NCBI GenBank assembly: GCA_001938485.1
Contig: MQRK01196443.1
Location: 1 to 64,000, forward strand
Origin: Girardia tigrina
Lineage: Eukaryota
DNA: 64,000 bases
Direction: 5' to 3'
The stretch's first letter is position 1, and each line of letters starts with the position of its first letter. Under the pieces are notes generated by a model. It saw only the letters and a program-made list of their open reading frames with translations, made no database searches and had not been told where the DNA came from. A program made the translations under genes and the position numbers. Below, one piece after another: positions 38,450 to 51,300 of this stretch.

Positions 38450-39599
38450 CCAGGACAAATATGTTCCTAAGTACCTAGAAAACACGATATTTTTTGTTCC
38501 TTGTTAGATGAACCGATATTAAGTAAATCAAAATATTAAATAACAAAGGTTACATTTCAAATATCATTTTTATAAACTTGTAATAAATTATTTCAAGTGA
38601 CAGATACAATTTTTATTGCGTAAAATCTGCAATGTATTTATACTCATTTTATAAATTATTCTGCAAACAAGATTGAGCAATGCTTAAATAAAATCATCAC
38701 ATTAAATAATATTATCATTTTATCGTATGCTTCTATTTACACAATGAACTTCACTTACTTTCATACGATTGTTTTGGTTTTGCAAATGAGCACAGTCAAG
38801 TTTTAATACGCAAAATAACTTTCAGCACATATTTATATATACAAATTTTAATGCTTATATAATTTTCGATCAGAAGAATAATGTCAATGCGAATTTACCT
38901 TTCATTCTCGCAATGTCAATAAACACTGAATGAAGAAGTTAAAAAAATTTGCTTTTAATCAATTAAAATATACTCGAAACACTGTAATTAGATGGAGGAC
39001 ATTCTGCAAAGAAGATTGTACAAAGATGAACTTCATGTAAAGACCTTACGTTGGCAGGCACTTTTGAAATTGTCACATTCGAGATCTCCTGAATGAAGAA
39101 TCATAAAATATATTAAGGATAAACATTTATGATTATATTTATCGAATACAAATAACAATTTTAATTAATTATAACATTCGTCACCTGCAAGTGGCAAACG
39201 TCTTGTTATGTCCATTACCTTCTTATAACAATTTAGAAACCTCACTGTCTCAACATCTCTAACCTCTTTAAATTTGAAATATAAATTTATTTTCTTGATA
39301 AAAGGGTACAATTTTCGATACTGATTTAATGAAATTTAAAGAAAACTGTTTCAAAAAAGAAATTATTGATAACAATAACAAAATAAAAAATGAACAACGA
39401 AAGATTTTCTACACAAAATTATGATAGAAAACAACAAACCCTTTTTGACGCACATCTCATTGAAATTGGCGCAATAGTTTTCTTTTGTCTTGAACGGTCG
39501 CTCGTTTGGACAAATCGTCAAGGGCATCTCTCCACAGCATCGCTGTAGACACCAGTAACATATGACAATCACTATCATAAACATCTTAATGCATCTCAT
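38450..39599 (-). pseudogene. Secreted Cys-rich protein, TNF-receptor-like ectodomain; 3' part apparently disrupted
   Basis: Signal-peptide-like start. Exons 39599-39440, 39265-39185, 39088-39050, 39003-38974, 38925-38899 are joined by phase-1 GT-AG introns: ...ICPNERPFKTKENYCANFNEMCVKKE...NCY...GDLECDNFKSACQQCPPSNYS. Downstream Cys-rich bits contain stops and end at an LTR. Confidence 0.5.
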
Positions 39600-40255
39600 T
39601 AGACACTAAATTTGTAGAATGCTTCATTGTTTAGTGACCGTATCTATTACTACACAAATGGATGATACACATCATGCAGTTATAAACAGTATTTTTAAAA
39701 ATGCTTTTAATGTCAAGTGTATAAAGCGGTAGAAGATGAAAGACTCATTAGAGCAAGTTCGTAAAACACAAAGTGTTCTTCGTAACATGGTGTGACACTT
39801 CTGTAACAAACCGTTGTAACTCTTACAGGATCTCTAACTATTAACATATCACATTTTAAATCACTGTTGCTTATCTGTTACACACCGGCACATGCTCGGT
39901 TAGAAAAGATTAAGAATTTTAAATTTTCCTTAAATTCTAAATTTATAAATTATGTTTGGTTTGATTATTAAACTGAATTTAATGTTTGCAATAATTTTAA
40001 TCACCTTTTATTTAGTTTTACCTTTCATTGAAAATATAAATCTTAAAGAAATGGTCGTTGTTCCGTCCCATCCCTGAGTTGCCCTGAATACCGATGGGTG
40101 GTAGCAGAGGACCTAATCGGTTTAAATGGGAGCTCAAACACGATGTGAATGGACCGTTGTGATTTAATTTTATTCAGACAGATGAAAATTTTCGATGATA
40201 TTATCAGAGGAAAGTATAGTCAAATCGTTTTAAATAAAATCAAAGATTTATAATT

Positions 40256-41158
40256 ATTGGTGTGACGATTCCTAATATTAGGTGTTTTTGGATTTTCTAA
40301 GAGATGGTTTAACCTTTGTAATAAGCATTATTTTACAGTCGTACGTACAGATTTTTAAAGTGCTGAAATCGAGGCATTAAAATTAAGTAGGTCATTGACC
40401 TTANNNNNNNNNNNNNNNNNNNNNNNNNNNNNNNNNNNNNNNNNNNNNNNNNNNNNNNNNNNNNNNATTTGCGGGAAGCACTACTGTTTTGCTTTAATCA
40501 AAAGAAAAAAGCTGCAGACAGTTTTCGGCTTCTTGAAGAAACTTATGGTCAACATGCACCAACTCAACAGACTTGTGAGAACTGGCATAAACGTTTCAAA
40601 AGTGGAGATTTCGACGTAAGTGACAAAGAGCGTTTCGATCAACCAAAAGATTCGAAGATGAAGATTTGGAATCATTACTATAAGTAATGATTCTATTACT
40701 ATAAGGAATCAGCTATAAGTAAACGTCTACATGCTATGAAAATGATTCAAAAAGAAGGAAAATGGATACCACATTAATTGAATCAAGCCAACATTGAAAG
40801 TCGATTACTGATATTCAATTCATTGCTTACAAGNNNNNNNNNNNNNNNNNNNNNNNNNNNNNNNNNNNNNNNNNNNNNNNNNNNNNNNNNNNNNNNNNNN
40901 NNNNNNNNNNNNNNNNNNNNNNNNNNNNNNNNNNNNNNNNNNNNNNNNNNNNNNNNNNNNNNNNNNNNNNNNNNNNNNNNNATGTTGTGCATTTGGTGGG
41001 ATCAGAAAGGTGTACTGTACTATGAGCTGCTGAATTCGAATGAAACTGTTAATGCAGAACGTTACCAACAACAGTTAATGAAATTGAGCGATGCATTGAA
41101 AGAAAAACGTCATATTCCAGTCAACAAACAGCGCACAGTGATTTTGCTCCATGACTGA
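40256..41158 (+). mobile_element. Decayed mariner element (two N-gaps)
   Basis: REALLFCFNQKKKAADSFRLL, WHKRFKSGDFDV, WIPH*L, MLCIWWDQKGVLYYELL, VILLHD. Confidence 0.9.
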
Positions 41159-41339
41159 AATTTTTATCACAATTTTGGATTATTTTAGATCTTTTATTTA
41201 GTTATTCAGTTTTAGACTTAAATAAAGTTTAAAAGTTATTTATTTTAGATTTAACTCTAGTTTAAACATCTAAGGAAATTCTTGGGTTTAACAAATTATT
41301 ACAGGAAATTCATAAAAGATTATGCAAGATTTTTGAAAG

Positions 41340-41950
41340 TTTTATGAGGAATGAATGGTGGATGAGTATGATAGATGTATATATTATTACGAACTATCTA
41401 AAAAATCAATGTTGATAAAGGTGAAAAATTCGAATCAGTTATATTCAAAGAAACACTCTGGAAGTTTGATGTAGAAGTCTGTTATTCAACCCAATATCAC
41501 CACAATACCAATGGAATTATAGAATGACTATTTAGAATAATTAGAGATGCTCTTAATATTAGAGTAAAATATAAAATGCATAGATATTTGACGAAAGTAT
41601 ATCAATTTTCTTCAAAATATCTATTTTTTGTTCACTTTCTGCAGTTTTATAGTTCTTACATCTCTAGTTTATCATTGTCAATTAGATGTTTATTCCCAGC
41701 ATATTATAGGTTTTCTTACTTGTGTTCCTTTCCTGTGTATCCAAATATTATCAAAATCGTCTAAATTTCGCATAATACTTCTTCTAAGAAAAAGGTTGAA
41801 CAAAGTCTGTGACACAAGCTAACCTTGTCTTACTTCCATAACTGATTTAAACCCGTCATAAAATAACTCGCTTGGCAACACTTTGACCTTTGGGTCTTCA
41901 TAAAGTTTCATTATAATATTGTGATGTATTTTTAAACATTTTGCTTATTT
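41340..41950. mobile_element. Gypsy integrase fragment (+, 41340-41600) and LINE RT fragment (-, 41620-41950)
   Basis: YHHNTNGIIE on +; VRQG..SQTLFNLFLE on -. Confidence 0.55.
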
Positions 41951-41959
41951 ATAAAGTGT

Positions 41960-44380
41960 CATAGTGGGCCTCCCATCTCTGTAATGTATTGCGCCTAAGG
42001 CTCTTTAGAGGGTCCACCCAAACTAAAGTCCTTAAGGGCCCCCCGATAGGCCTCCTACGGGGTCAGTGGCCTGCCGCCTCTGAGCAGTCGGCTTGCTAGT
42101 AACGAACGACCAACCATGGAAATTTGTACCATGGCCGTACATGCTGTTGGCTGTTACGGTGGACGCGTAACAACCGCGAAATGGGCACTTGAATTGTCCT
42201 CTTGCAGTCTTGTAATCGGCTGGCAGTCGGTATTGTAGGTGCATCTCTTCGGCATCGTCGTTTGGCTGTATCCTCGGCATACTCACAGTTGCGTCTGGCA
42301 ACTGAGGATTGGATTGGTTTGATGTCGGCTCTTCCACGTTCTCTTCTTCCAAGTTTTCTTCTCTCTGGGCGTTGGATGTTGGCGTTTCTTGATGATTCTT
42401 CTGAATATGAATCCTTAGGAAACCAGCGGCCTTGCATTACCTCGGACAGTGTTTACATTGATATTTTCCTTTCTTCTGACGTGGCTGGACTTTCTTCTCT
42501 CTCTTCTTCCGCGGCATTGACTCTGCTCCTTCGTGATCTCTTCTGAGATGCCAGTTTAACTCCTTCACTTTCGCATGTTGTTTGTAACAGGCATCCATCG
42601 GGCAGTTGTGTTCTTTCAGACGAGGTAGCACCAGTCTTAGTGTTTACTCGTCCCCGCTTCTTTGGATTCTCTTCAGTCGGAATACTTTATCCATCTTTCC
42701 ATCCATTTTCAGTAAGTTTTCCTGCAGAACGTCTCTTTTAAATTCATCGAAACTGTACTCGGCTCCAAAGAGCCAGTAAGCATCCACTCTGAGACATTCT
42801 ACCAGATGTTGCTTTCTTTGACCGCTGATCTTCTTTCCTCCGATGAGTTTGCATCCACTGATCTGCTTGATGTTCTCCAGGCATTCTCCTAAATCGACCT
42901 TAGTATTGTTTACGATTCTTCTCCGCGTGATGATATCCATTGGGCTTTGCAGCCCAATTGATATCTCATCCATCCTGATCCTTTCGGCTTTCGAAATCCC
43001 CAAAGTTTGCCGAGTACATAGATTGTGAAATGCTATTAGCTTTTTCACGTGTACTTCATTTTTCCTCCAATTTCCACAGCTGTAGTAAACCACCGGGAAT
43101 ACACAGCTGCTAATTATGTTCTTATTCCGGAGAGACAATTTGTTGTTCTTCAATACTGGTCTGATCGTCCGTAATTTCGCTGCTCCTTTCTGAATTCTGG
43201 CTTTGATGTCCGTACCTGAGCTTCCTCCACTTTCAATTATTGATCTCAAGTAGCAGAATTCGTCCATCCATTCTATTCCGGCATGTACTCTCTTGCCGTA
43301 ATGTACTTTGCTCCATTGAGATTCAGGATCTTTGTTTTCCCAATGTTGATTTTGAGCCCCATATTCAAGAACACAGTGTTGAGACACGTGAGATTCCGTT
43401 CGATATTTCCATGACCTTCGTCCAGTAAGCATAGGTCATCTGCATAAGCAAGTCTGTTCACGATCAGCTCTTCCCCATGGTATTTTAGTTTCACACCACC
43501 TGGTAGCCCTTCTTGATCGCGGTCTTAATTGCATGATCAAAGACAAGGTTGAATAGTAGAGGACCCAATACGCAAACCTGACGGACTCCTTTGTCCATAT
43601 TGAATATATCCTTTCCAATGCTTCCCGTGAAACCTTCATGAAATTTCATGATGGTACTTAGCATCCGATCATGTATTCTAAGTCCTTGAAGGCAATCCCA
43701 GAGAACTTTCCTGGGTACGCTGTCAAATGCCTTTTCAAGGTCGATAAAAATAGCAAATACGTTTATGTTCTGGTATCTGGCCTCTTCTTGTATCTTTTGT
43801 AAGATACCAATTGCGTGTGCTGTGCTTCTGTTTGGTCTGAAACCAAATTGCCAGTCGTCCAGTATTTTTTCGAGATGTGGGAGTAATCTATTTGCAATGA
43901 TTCGGGCCATGATCTTTCCTCCTACGTCAAGTAGGAATATGCCTCTATAATTATTCAATTCCTTCTTGGAACCCTTTCCTTTGTATAGGATCACAACTTT
44001 CGCCGTTTTCCAAGCCTCCGGGAATTCTGCTCTTTCCTCCCACGAAACATTGCTGTATCCTCTCAGTCAACTGGAGACCACCCCATTTATATAGCTCTGG
44101 AATGATACCGTTGTTTCCAGCAGCTGTACCGTTCTTTAGTTGTCCAATAACGGTACCTACTTCTTCTACGTCCGGTGAGTGATCTATTTCGAGTGCGTGG
44201 CTCTGTTCGATTTCCACGAGATAGTTTCTTTCGCTTTTTTTGAATAGATGTGAGAAGTGCTCTGCTAACACTTCGTCCGTCACAATGCTTTGTACAGTAC
44301 AGAGAGAGGATTCCTTCGTTTCACTATTGCAGAGGACTCTGAGCTCCCCCCCGAAAACTTCGAAGCGGTACCTCGCGTTC
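41960..44380 (-). mobile_element. 5'-truncated RTE-like LINE: RT plus three C-terminal C2H2 zinc fingers; frameshifted
   Basis: YKGKG..NYRGIFLL, QFGFR, FIDLEKAFDSV, GVRQ.CVLGPLLFN, LAYADDL, GLKINIGKTK; then CPMDAC..HLRRDH, YQCKHC..HIQKNH, FKCPFRGC..HGTNFH. Confidence 0.9.
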
Positions 44381-44384
44381 CAAT

Positions 44385-45073
44385 TACAAGGTATCATGTC
44401 CGGTGATCGTGGAGGCCATTCAGTGGTTCCTCTCCTGCCGATCCGAATCTCAAAAGTGTTATCCAAAAAGTCGCGTTTATTACTACCATAATGAGGGGAG
44501 CACCGTCTTGCATCAAAACGTCTTTATCTGTGTCAAGCTGAGATACGGCTAAATCATGCAGCATGTCGAGATATAGCTGAGAATTGACCGTTCCATCAAA
44601 GAAGTATGGACCCAGCACACCAGTTGAACGTATTCCTCTCCACACATATGGCGCATTCTGATAAAAAGTTCTAACATTTTCTTTATTTTCATCGGTATTC
44701 ATATTGTTAGGGCGCCTACTTCATTTTTTGTCGGTACAGAGTCGGTCTCGTAAAACTTTTTGCCAAAACATGCATTGATTGTCGTGATGGAGGAGCGTTA
44801 TTAGGATATTCTTTTGCAAATACTGCAGTTACAGCTCTTGAATTTCTATCATGCTTTATCCACTGCTTTACTATAAAAATTCGTTGCAGAAGTTTTAATT
44901 GTCGTGCCATGCCAATATTGCCCACAACAATTAACAAAATGAAATAATTTAAAAAATTTTTAAATAAATAATTATTAAAACAAAAGATTTTATCTGGTTT
45001 TTGTTTATAAATCATTTATAATTTTGTGTTTAATATTATTAAAACTGGGTAAAGCGACTTATGGCCACCCCTG
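44385..45073 (-). mobile_element. Tc1/mariner (rosa/DUF4817-type) element, internally deleted and 3'-truncated
   Basis: TA-CAGGGGTGGCCATAAGTC TIR; PPSRQS HTH; VW...GPYFFDGTVN, QDGAP, WPPRSPD. Confidence 0.85.
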
Positions 45074-45148
45074 TATATATATATATATATATATATATNN
45101 NNNNNNNNNNNNNNNNNNNNNNNNNNNNNNNNNNNNNNNNNNNNNNNN

Positions 45149-45181
<33 letters not shown>

Positions 45182-45419
45182 GTACCGTAGCCTTATTGAC
45201 CTATTGCAACCCTCTCAAATGCCCAGTATATATGTTTTAAATATTAATTGGATTTTATTAATCGGTTAAAATTAAATACTAATCTACTCTATATCAAAGC
45301 TTTGATTATGGTAAAATGTTAAGGGATCGGTTGATGGAGTTAATGACCAATAAATTTACATTCGGGTGAAGTCTTGAAATGTGACATCATCGAAGTTTCG
45401 TGTTTTACATGATGATATA

Positions 45420-46936
45420 ACATTTTCCGGTCAATTTAGTCTACGCTAGCATAAATTTAGTCTTTTTACCAATCAATTTAGTCTTTTTGTCAATCAATTT
45501 AATCTTTTTGCAAATCAATTTAGTCTTTTTCTTAATCAATATAGTCTTTTAATAATAAAATAGTTTAATTTATTTAGTTATTAAAATAGTTTTAATTTGA
45601 AAATATTTTAAAANNNNNNNNNNNNNNNNNNNNNNNNNNNNNNNNNNNNNNNNNNNNNNNNNNNNNNNNNNNNNNNNNNNNNNNNNNNNNNNNNNNNNNN
45701 NNNNNNNNNNNNNNNNNNNNNNNNNNNNNNNNNNNNNNNNNNNNNNNNNNNNNNNNNNNNNNNNNNNNNNNNNNNNNNNNNNNNNNNNNNNATTAAAGAA
45801 GCATCAACATTATTAGAAGTTAACTATAGTACTGCGAAGACTATTTTGAAAGCATATGAATTAACTGGAAAAACTGAAGCAATGAGTAGAGGTGGTAGTA
45901 GTAAAACCATACTGACACCAGAAATCATAAATGCAATTGAGAATATTGTGACTTTCAACTCTCAAAATACTTTAAATGAAGTTAAAAGAGCTCTGCAGAT
46001 AGAATATGATAATAGGCATATCGTTTCTATTTCTACTATCAATAGATGCCTTCAAGAACTCAGAATTACGATGAAATTAACACATCGTGAACTTGATAAA
46101 GTAAATATGCCTGACAAAATCGAATTGAGAAAACAATATGCTATATGGTTTGGCAATTATTTTCAAAATGATTATTCTAGAGTGGTTTTTATTGATGAAA
46201 GCGGGTTTAATTTACATCTCAAGCGATCATATGGAAGATCTAGAATATGCACCAGAGCAATTGTAAGAATGCCTGTTGTCAGGGGGCGTTCGATATCCTT
46301 AATAGCAAGCCTTACAATTGATGGAATGGGATTTTGCAAAACAATTTCCAATTCTACAGTTAATTCTGATATTTTAAATGATTATGTCGATGAACTTTGT
46401 AGGTACCTTCGAGATGTTAAAAGAATGAATAATGCCTGTCTAATATTCGATAACGCACGTATTCATAGGAAGAATGATATTCAGAGAATAACCACCCAAT
46501 ATGGATTTACATTTAAATTTTTATCGCCATATTCTTATATGCTAAATCCCATTGAGAATTCATTTTCTAAAATAAAAAATTGTCTTAGATCTAAATTAAG
46601 GCAAGGCGCAACTGGAACATTATCCGAATTAATAATGGCAGAAACAACGACAGTAACTTACAATGATTGCTCTGGATACTTTCATTACATTCTTTGGAAT
46701 CTTGTCAATGCTGCTGCTGGTGTAGCATATGTTCACCAATAATAAATTAACTTTTGGTTTTTTCGTTAATTATTAAATTTTATATTAAAATATTTATTAC
46801 CTATTAAAGGACTAAATTGATTGGCAAAAAGATTAAATTGATTGGCAAAAAGACTAAATTGATTGGTAAAAAGACTAAATTTATGCTAGCATAGACTAAA
46901 TTGGTTATCAAAAAGACTAAATTGACCGGAAAATGG
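45420..46936 (+). mobile_element. Tc1/IS630-like DD34E element with long tandem-repeat TIRs; transposase open from ~45792 to 46742 (N-terminus in the gap)
   Basis: TA-flanked CATTTTCCGGTCAATTTAGTC ends with 21-bp repeats; VFIDESGF, IFDNARIH, PYS..LNPIE with 34 residues between D2 and E. Confidence 0.9.
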
Positions 46937-47810
46937 TATAATCTTAGAGTAATACTCCCCATTGTATCACTATAATCCAAAGACTAATCAAGTAGGATCT
47001 CGATACGTACGTTTACTGAAAGCGAGTTCACCTATAAAATCAGTATGATTTTTCACAGAAGGTTTAATAAGGTTTGTCATATATCACTCCATATTGATCC
47101 GCAGATTTTTTTCTCCTTACCAATGAACTAAATATTTACATACAAAAATTAATGTTCCCCCAATATTATTTAAACACTTTGGCCAATTGAGCAGCAGCTT
47201 GTTAAGGCCATTTGAAAAAAAATTGGTTAGCGAGAAATTATAATATCCTCTAAGATCATTTTGAAAGCATCTTCCTTATTGAAAATTTTACAAATCATAT
47301 TGTTGTTCGAATTTAAGAAGAAATGGTAGTCAGTCGAGTCTAGGTCTGACGAGTACAAATGAGGATGCAAATGTTCCTAATTTGTTAAACATATACTAAA
47401 AATATTAAGTAATAAGTAAAATACTGATAAAGTGAATAAAAAAATACTGAACATTTACTAAATTTACTGAGCAATAAATTACACACTTAAATGACATTCT
47501 ATGTGGTTTCATGCTCAAGATGAACCATGAAAACCAATTTTATTTTCATTTTTCGATTTGATCTGCAGATGACGGTAGGACTGTCGAAAATAATTATTTT
47601 TAATGAACATTGCCATTCGAATTTCTTTTTTATTTTTACAATTTGATTTAAAAATTTTTAGCTCTCCTTTTAATTAAATTTCTAACTAATCATAAAAATT
47701 ACAAAAAATGCAATCTAGAATTTATTAAGTTTTTAAATATTGAGAGAAATCACAGAACATTTTTGTTAGCTTAATAATTTTTAACGAAGGAAACATTTCA
47801 TGGATCGTTT

Positions 47811-49109
47811 TTACAGATTTCTTTTGACAACGCAGCGTAAAAACATTTTGTTGTTTTGTGAAAATGTCGGATGATTCGACAATTCCAACAAACTGATAAA
47901 GTTTGGATACCCGATTCCTTCATTTCTCTCCCTTTGGGGTCTATTCCAATTCCTATTGTTTGGTGAATTTACGAATTTCTTTGTTTTTGTAATACAGTTT
48001 CCATCTGGATTCTGATTTATGAGGGATAACGTTACATCCTGATTGAATGGCCAAGACAAAATATCATCATAAGGACCTTGCATCAAGCAAAAATAAAACG
48101 ACATATGCGTATCTTCGGCGAATTTGTTGCCACAAAGATACAATTGTAAACACATTTTATATCCGTTTTTGTGAGAATAAAAAGGTTCACTTAATAAAGC
48201 AATATCGTCTCCTAATTCAGCTTGTTGTTTTTTCTCGGAATAATTGTCGATACGCCAAACAAACTCTTCTTCGGATGCTTTTTCTAGCTTTAATTTCAAA
48301 TCTTCTATCATATTCTCTAAATTCACTATTACATCACTCTGAAATCATTTTAAAATGGGAAAAAAGTTAATTTAATGTTTACCTGGTCATCGGAAAATTC
48401 GCTGCTGTCATCTGTGTAATTTGATATTGAGATATTTTCGCTATTTGACTGTGACAATTGGACTACCTTAAAAGATTAATCAATTAATAGGTAAAGTTTA
48501 AGTAATTTGACTAACCTCATTTTCCTTTTCAACTGAAGCTTTATTTTTTAAAGTTTGATTTTCTATTTTCAGTTCAACAATTTCCAACTTTAACAACTCC
48601 ATTTCATTTGTCAAATTGTCCATTGATTGTAGCAACATTTTGGAATGGGAAACTATTTCGTCAAGTATATGACGTGGTACTGTATCATTTGGTATGTCAA
48701 CTTCCTTACAGCCCACTTGCACATATGGACAATTAACAGGCATAGAATCGCATATTTTTATATGGTTTTCAATGTTTTGTAACTGATCTCTGAATGTGCA
48801 ACTCGGATTAATACATTTAACAACAATTTTAGATATCTTTTTATTGATAGCTTGATCAATTTTTATATTTTGGCTAAAGCTTATTCTTTCTTCTTTACAG
48901 TCTTCCATGATTCCTGGACAAAACTTTTCTTCGTCATTTAAATATGTTGTGATACAATCAAAGCAATATCGACATCCACAAGCGCCACTGTGAGCATTGA
49001 TCAATAAATGATTGCAAATTACACAAATATAATCATGATTGATATCATCGACTTGAAACTGATAAATTTTCATCATTCTCCAAATGTCGTTTAACTTTTC
49101 ATTAGCCAT
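47811..49109 (-). CDS. TNF receptor-associated factor (TRAF)-like E3 ligase/adaptor, 3 exons, 401 aa
   Basis: Exons 49109-48516, 48466-48383, 48338-47811 (phase-0 GT-AG introns of 49 and 44 nt). RING (CVIC...CGCRYCFDC...CP), TRAF zinc fingers, coiled coil, MATH domain (FVWRI, SEPFYSHKNGYKMCL, GPYDDILSWPF, GYPNFI). Confidence 0.93.
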
Positions 49110-49299
49110 TTCAAAAACTAAATTTAAAGGTCATTGTATAATGAAATATTTGATTTGAAATTAAAATTTTAAATGACACAAACAACAATTTGTTTTTTGA
49201 CGAATAATGATGCTTAAAATAAAAATAGATTAACATTAAAATATTTTACCTTTTATATTAAAAAAATAATAAATTATTCTGGCGAGATGAAAATTTAAA

Positions 49300-50197
49300 T
49301 TAACCCCTCATATCCCCCTTCTTTAAGAATTTTCTCAATTTTTCCACGTTTCGATCTAAAATTCTTCCATCTTCATTTATTAGTTTATACCTTCTATCGT
49401 GTGTTTTCTCTACCACTTTATACGGTCCTTCATATTTATCTTTACTCTTTATCCCCGTTTCAACCTTGACTAGTACTTCATCTCCAATTTCGAAATTTCT
49501 TCTGGTTGTTGTATCTTCTTTTTCTTGCTGTAACTTTATGTCTCGACTATGACATCCATCTCTGTATATTTTCTTACCGAATATAATTTCCGCTGGGCTC
49601 TTCCCTATTGTTTTCTGAAAAGTTGTGTTTAATGTGAATTCTAGTTCCGGTAGTAGTTCCTCCCAGTCTGATCCTTTCTTTGTATGTACAGATGCGTTTA
49701 AATATTCTCTAATCGTCCGAAATTGTTTTTCTACTATTCCATTCGTGTTATGATGGTACGGACTCGAGTAACACATTTCTATATTCATTGATTCTGCCAT
49801 GTCTTTGATTACCTTCGATTCGAATGTCTTGCCACAATTTGTATTTATTTCCTTCGGTGCTAGAAATCTCAAGATCCATGTGGTCAATATGGTGTCTTTT
49901 ATGGTTATTTGATCCTGCTTGCTAATGACAGTCAAAGATATTTACCTACTAAACTGATCGATGATTGCAACAATATACTTTTTTCTTCTCAAAGTCTCCT
50001 TTAGTGGTCCGCATATGTCTATGTACACTTTCTCAAATGGTTCATTTGCGACCAATGTCACCCGTTTTTCCTTCGTAGCGGTCGTTAATGTTTTACTTAT
50101 TTGGCATGCTTCACATTGTCCAATTACTTCTTTTATTATTTCATTCCGATTGATCATGTCATAATTTTCTGAGATGTATTTCGTTACTTTCTCTGCG
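49300..50197 (-). mobile_element. Ty3/Gypsy integrase, polypurine tract and start of the 3' LTR
   Basis: CEACQ, VYIDICGP, IDQFSR, SSPYHHNTNGIVE, GPY; PPT AAGAAGGGGGA followed by TATGAGGGG. Confidence 0.9.
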
Positions 50198-50203
50198 GTG
50201 CAT

Positions 50204-51056
50204 TCATTTTTTTTTAATGAAGAATTTCTTCAAAATCGCTGAGTTTTTGTGCTGTGTAATCCCTGGTTGGATAAACTCCAGATCACCGATGACTCGTTGT
50301 AGAAACTGGTATGGCTTGGTGAGACAGATTTTCTGCGTCTTGAAATAATTTTCAAAGACGAAATCGCATATCGCTTCGTTAGCCATCATAATGTGTTTTC
50401 GAAGTTGATTGTAGGGCTCCGAATGTTGCCAAATCTCGGTAAGGTGAGGTACTATAGCTTGGAGCTGATCTGCCAGAATGGTTCCCAGCAGATGTTGAAA
50501 TAGGGCGTGTTGCACCTTGATCCCCATGCTCTTGAACCTAAAGTCCAGGAGCTCAAGCCAGACCTTCGGTGAACCGGTCTGATTGGTGAAAAAAGTCGGC
50601 GGTGCGATCGTTAGAGCGCTGGTGTTGGAAACCGGTTCGCTTTTAAAATCGGTCGGTTCATCACTAACCCCCCAATATTGTAGATTGGCAATTAACCGCA
50701 GTATCGCTAATGATGTCATACTGGCTCCTGGTGAGGTGCGGACGAAGGGGCTTAAACCCATGTAATAATTATAATGGGTATCCAATCACGGTCTCAAGGA
50801 TGGTAATGGGATCAGCCACTGGGGACTTCATATTGACCGTGAAAATCTTATGAGAGAGATCTGCAAAATCCCTTATGATGATAAAATTGTTCGTGTTTAA
50901 TTTCATGGAGCAGTTTTTATCGATTGATTGATCAATTTGATCGCAATGATGGATATTATGAGTGAAATTATAGCTCATGTCGTCCTCGTACCACTTAAGA
51001 ACATTATTTTTTGTCGGTAAGTGAGCATAAATAATTATTTTCGCACTGGGGTCGCT
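50204..51056 (-). mobile_element. Ty3/Gypsy gag N-terminal fragment with PBS-like remnant
   Basis: PPTFF...PKVWLELLDFRF...PYNQLRKHI; AGCGACCCCAG near 51050. Confidence 0.65.
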
Positions 51057-51115
51057 ATCTCTTAATGGGAATAATTCAGTGATATATAACCCAAATGATT
51101 TAATTATATAGTAAT

Positions 51116-51300
51116 TGTGAGGGATAATTTGGAATGTTATAAGTTTGTTGTTTGTATGCTGTTTAGATTTGTGACTCTCCTACTCAGATGGGATTGATAT
51201 GTTATTTGATTGATTATTTGAATCTAATGAAATTAATTTAATGATATTAATTTTAAGTACTAATTAATTAAAGTTTGATAATTATGAATTCAGATAGGAT
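51116..51300 (+). mobile_element. TGTGAGG-family LTR copy (5' part)
   Basis: TGTGAGGGATAAT...GTGACTCTCCTACTCAGATGGGATTGATA. Confidence 0.7.
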
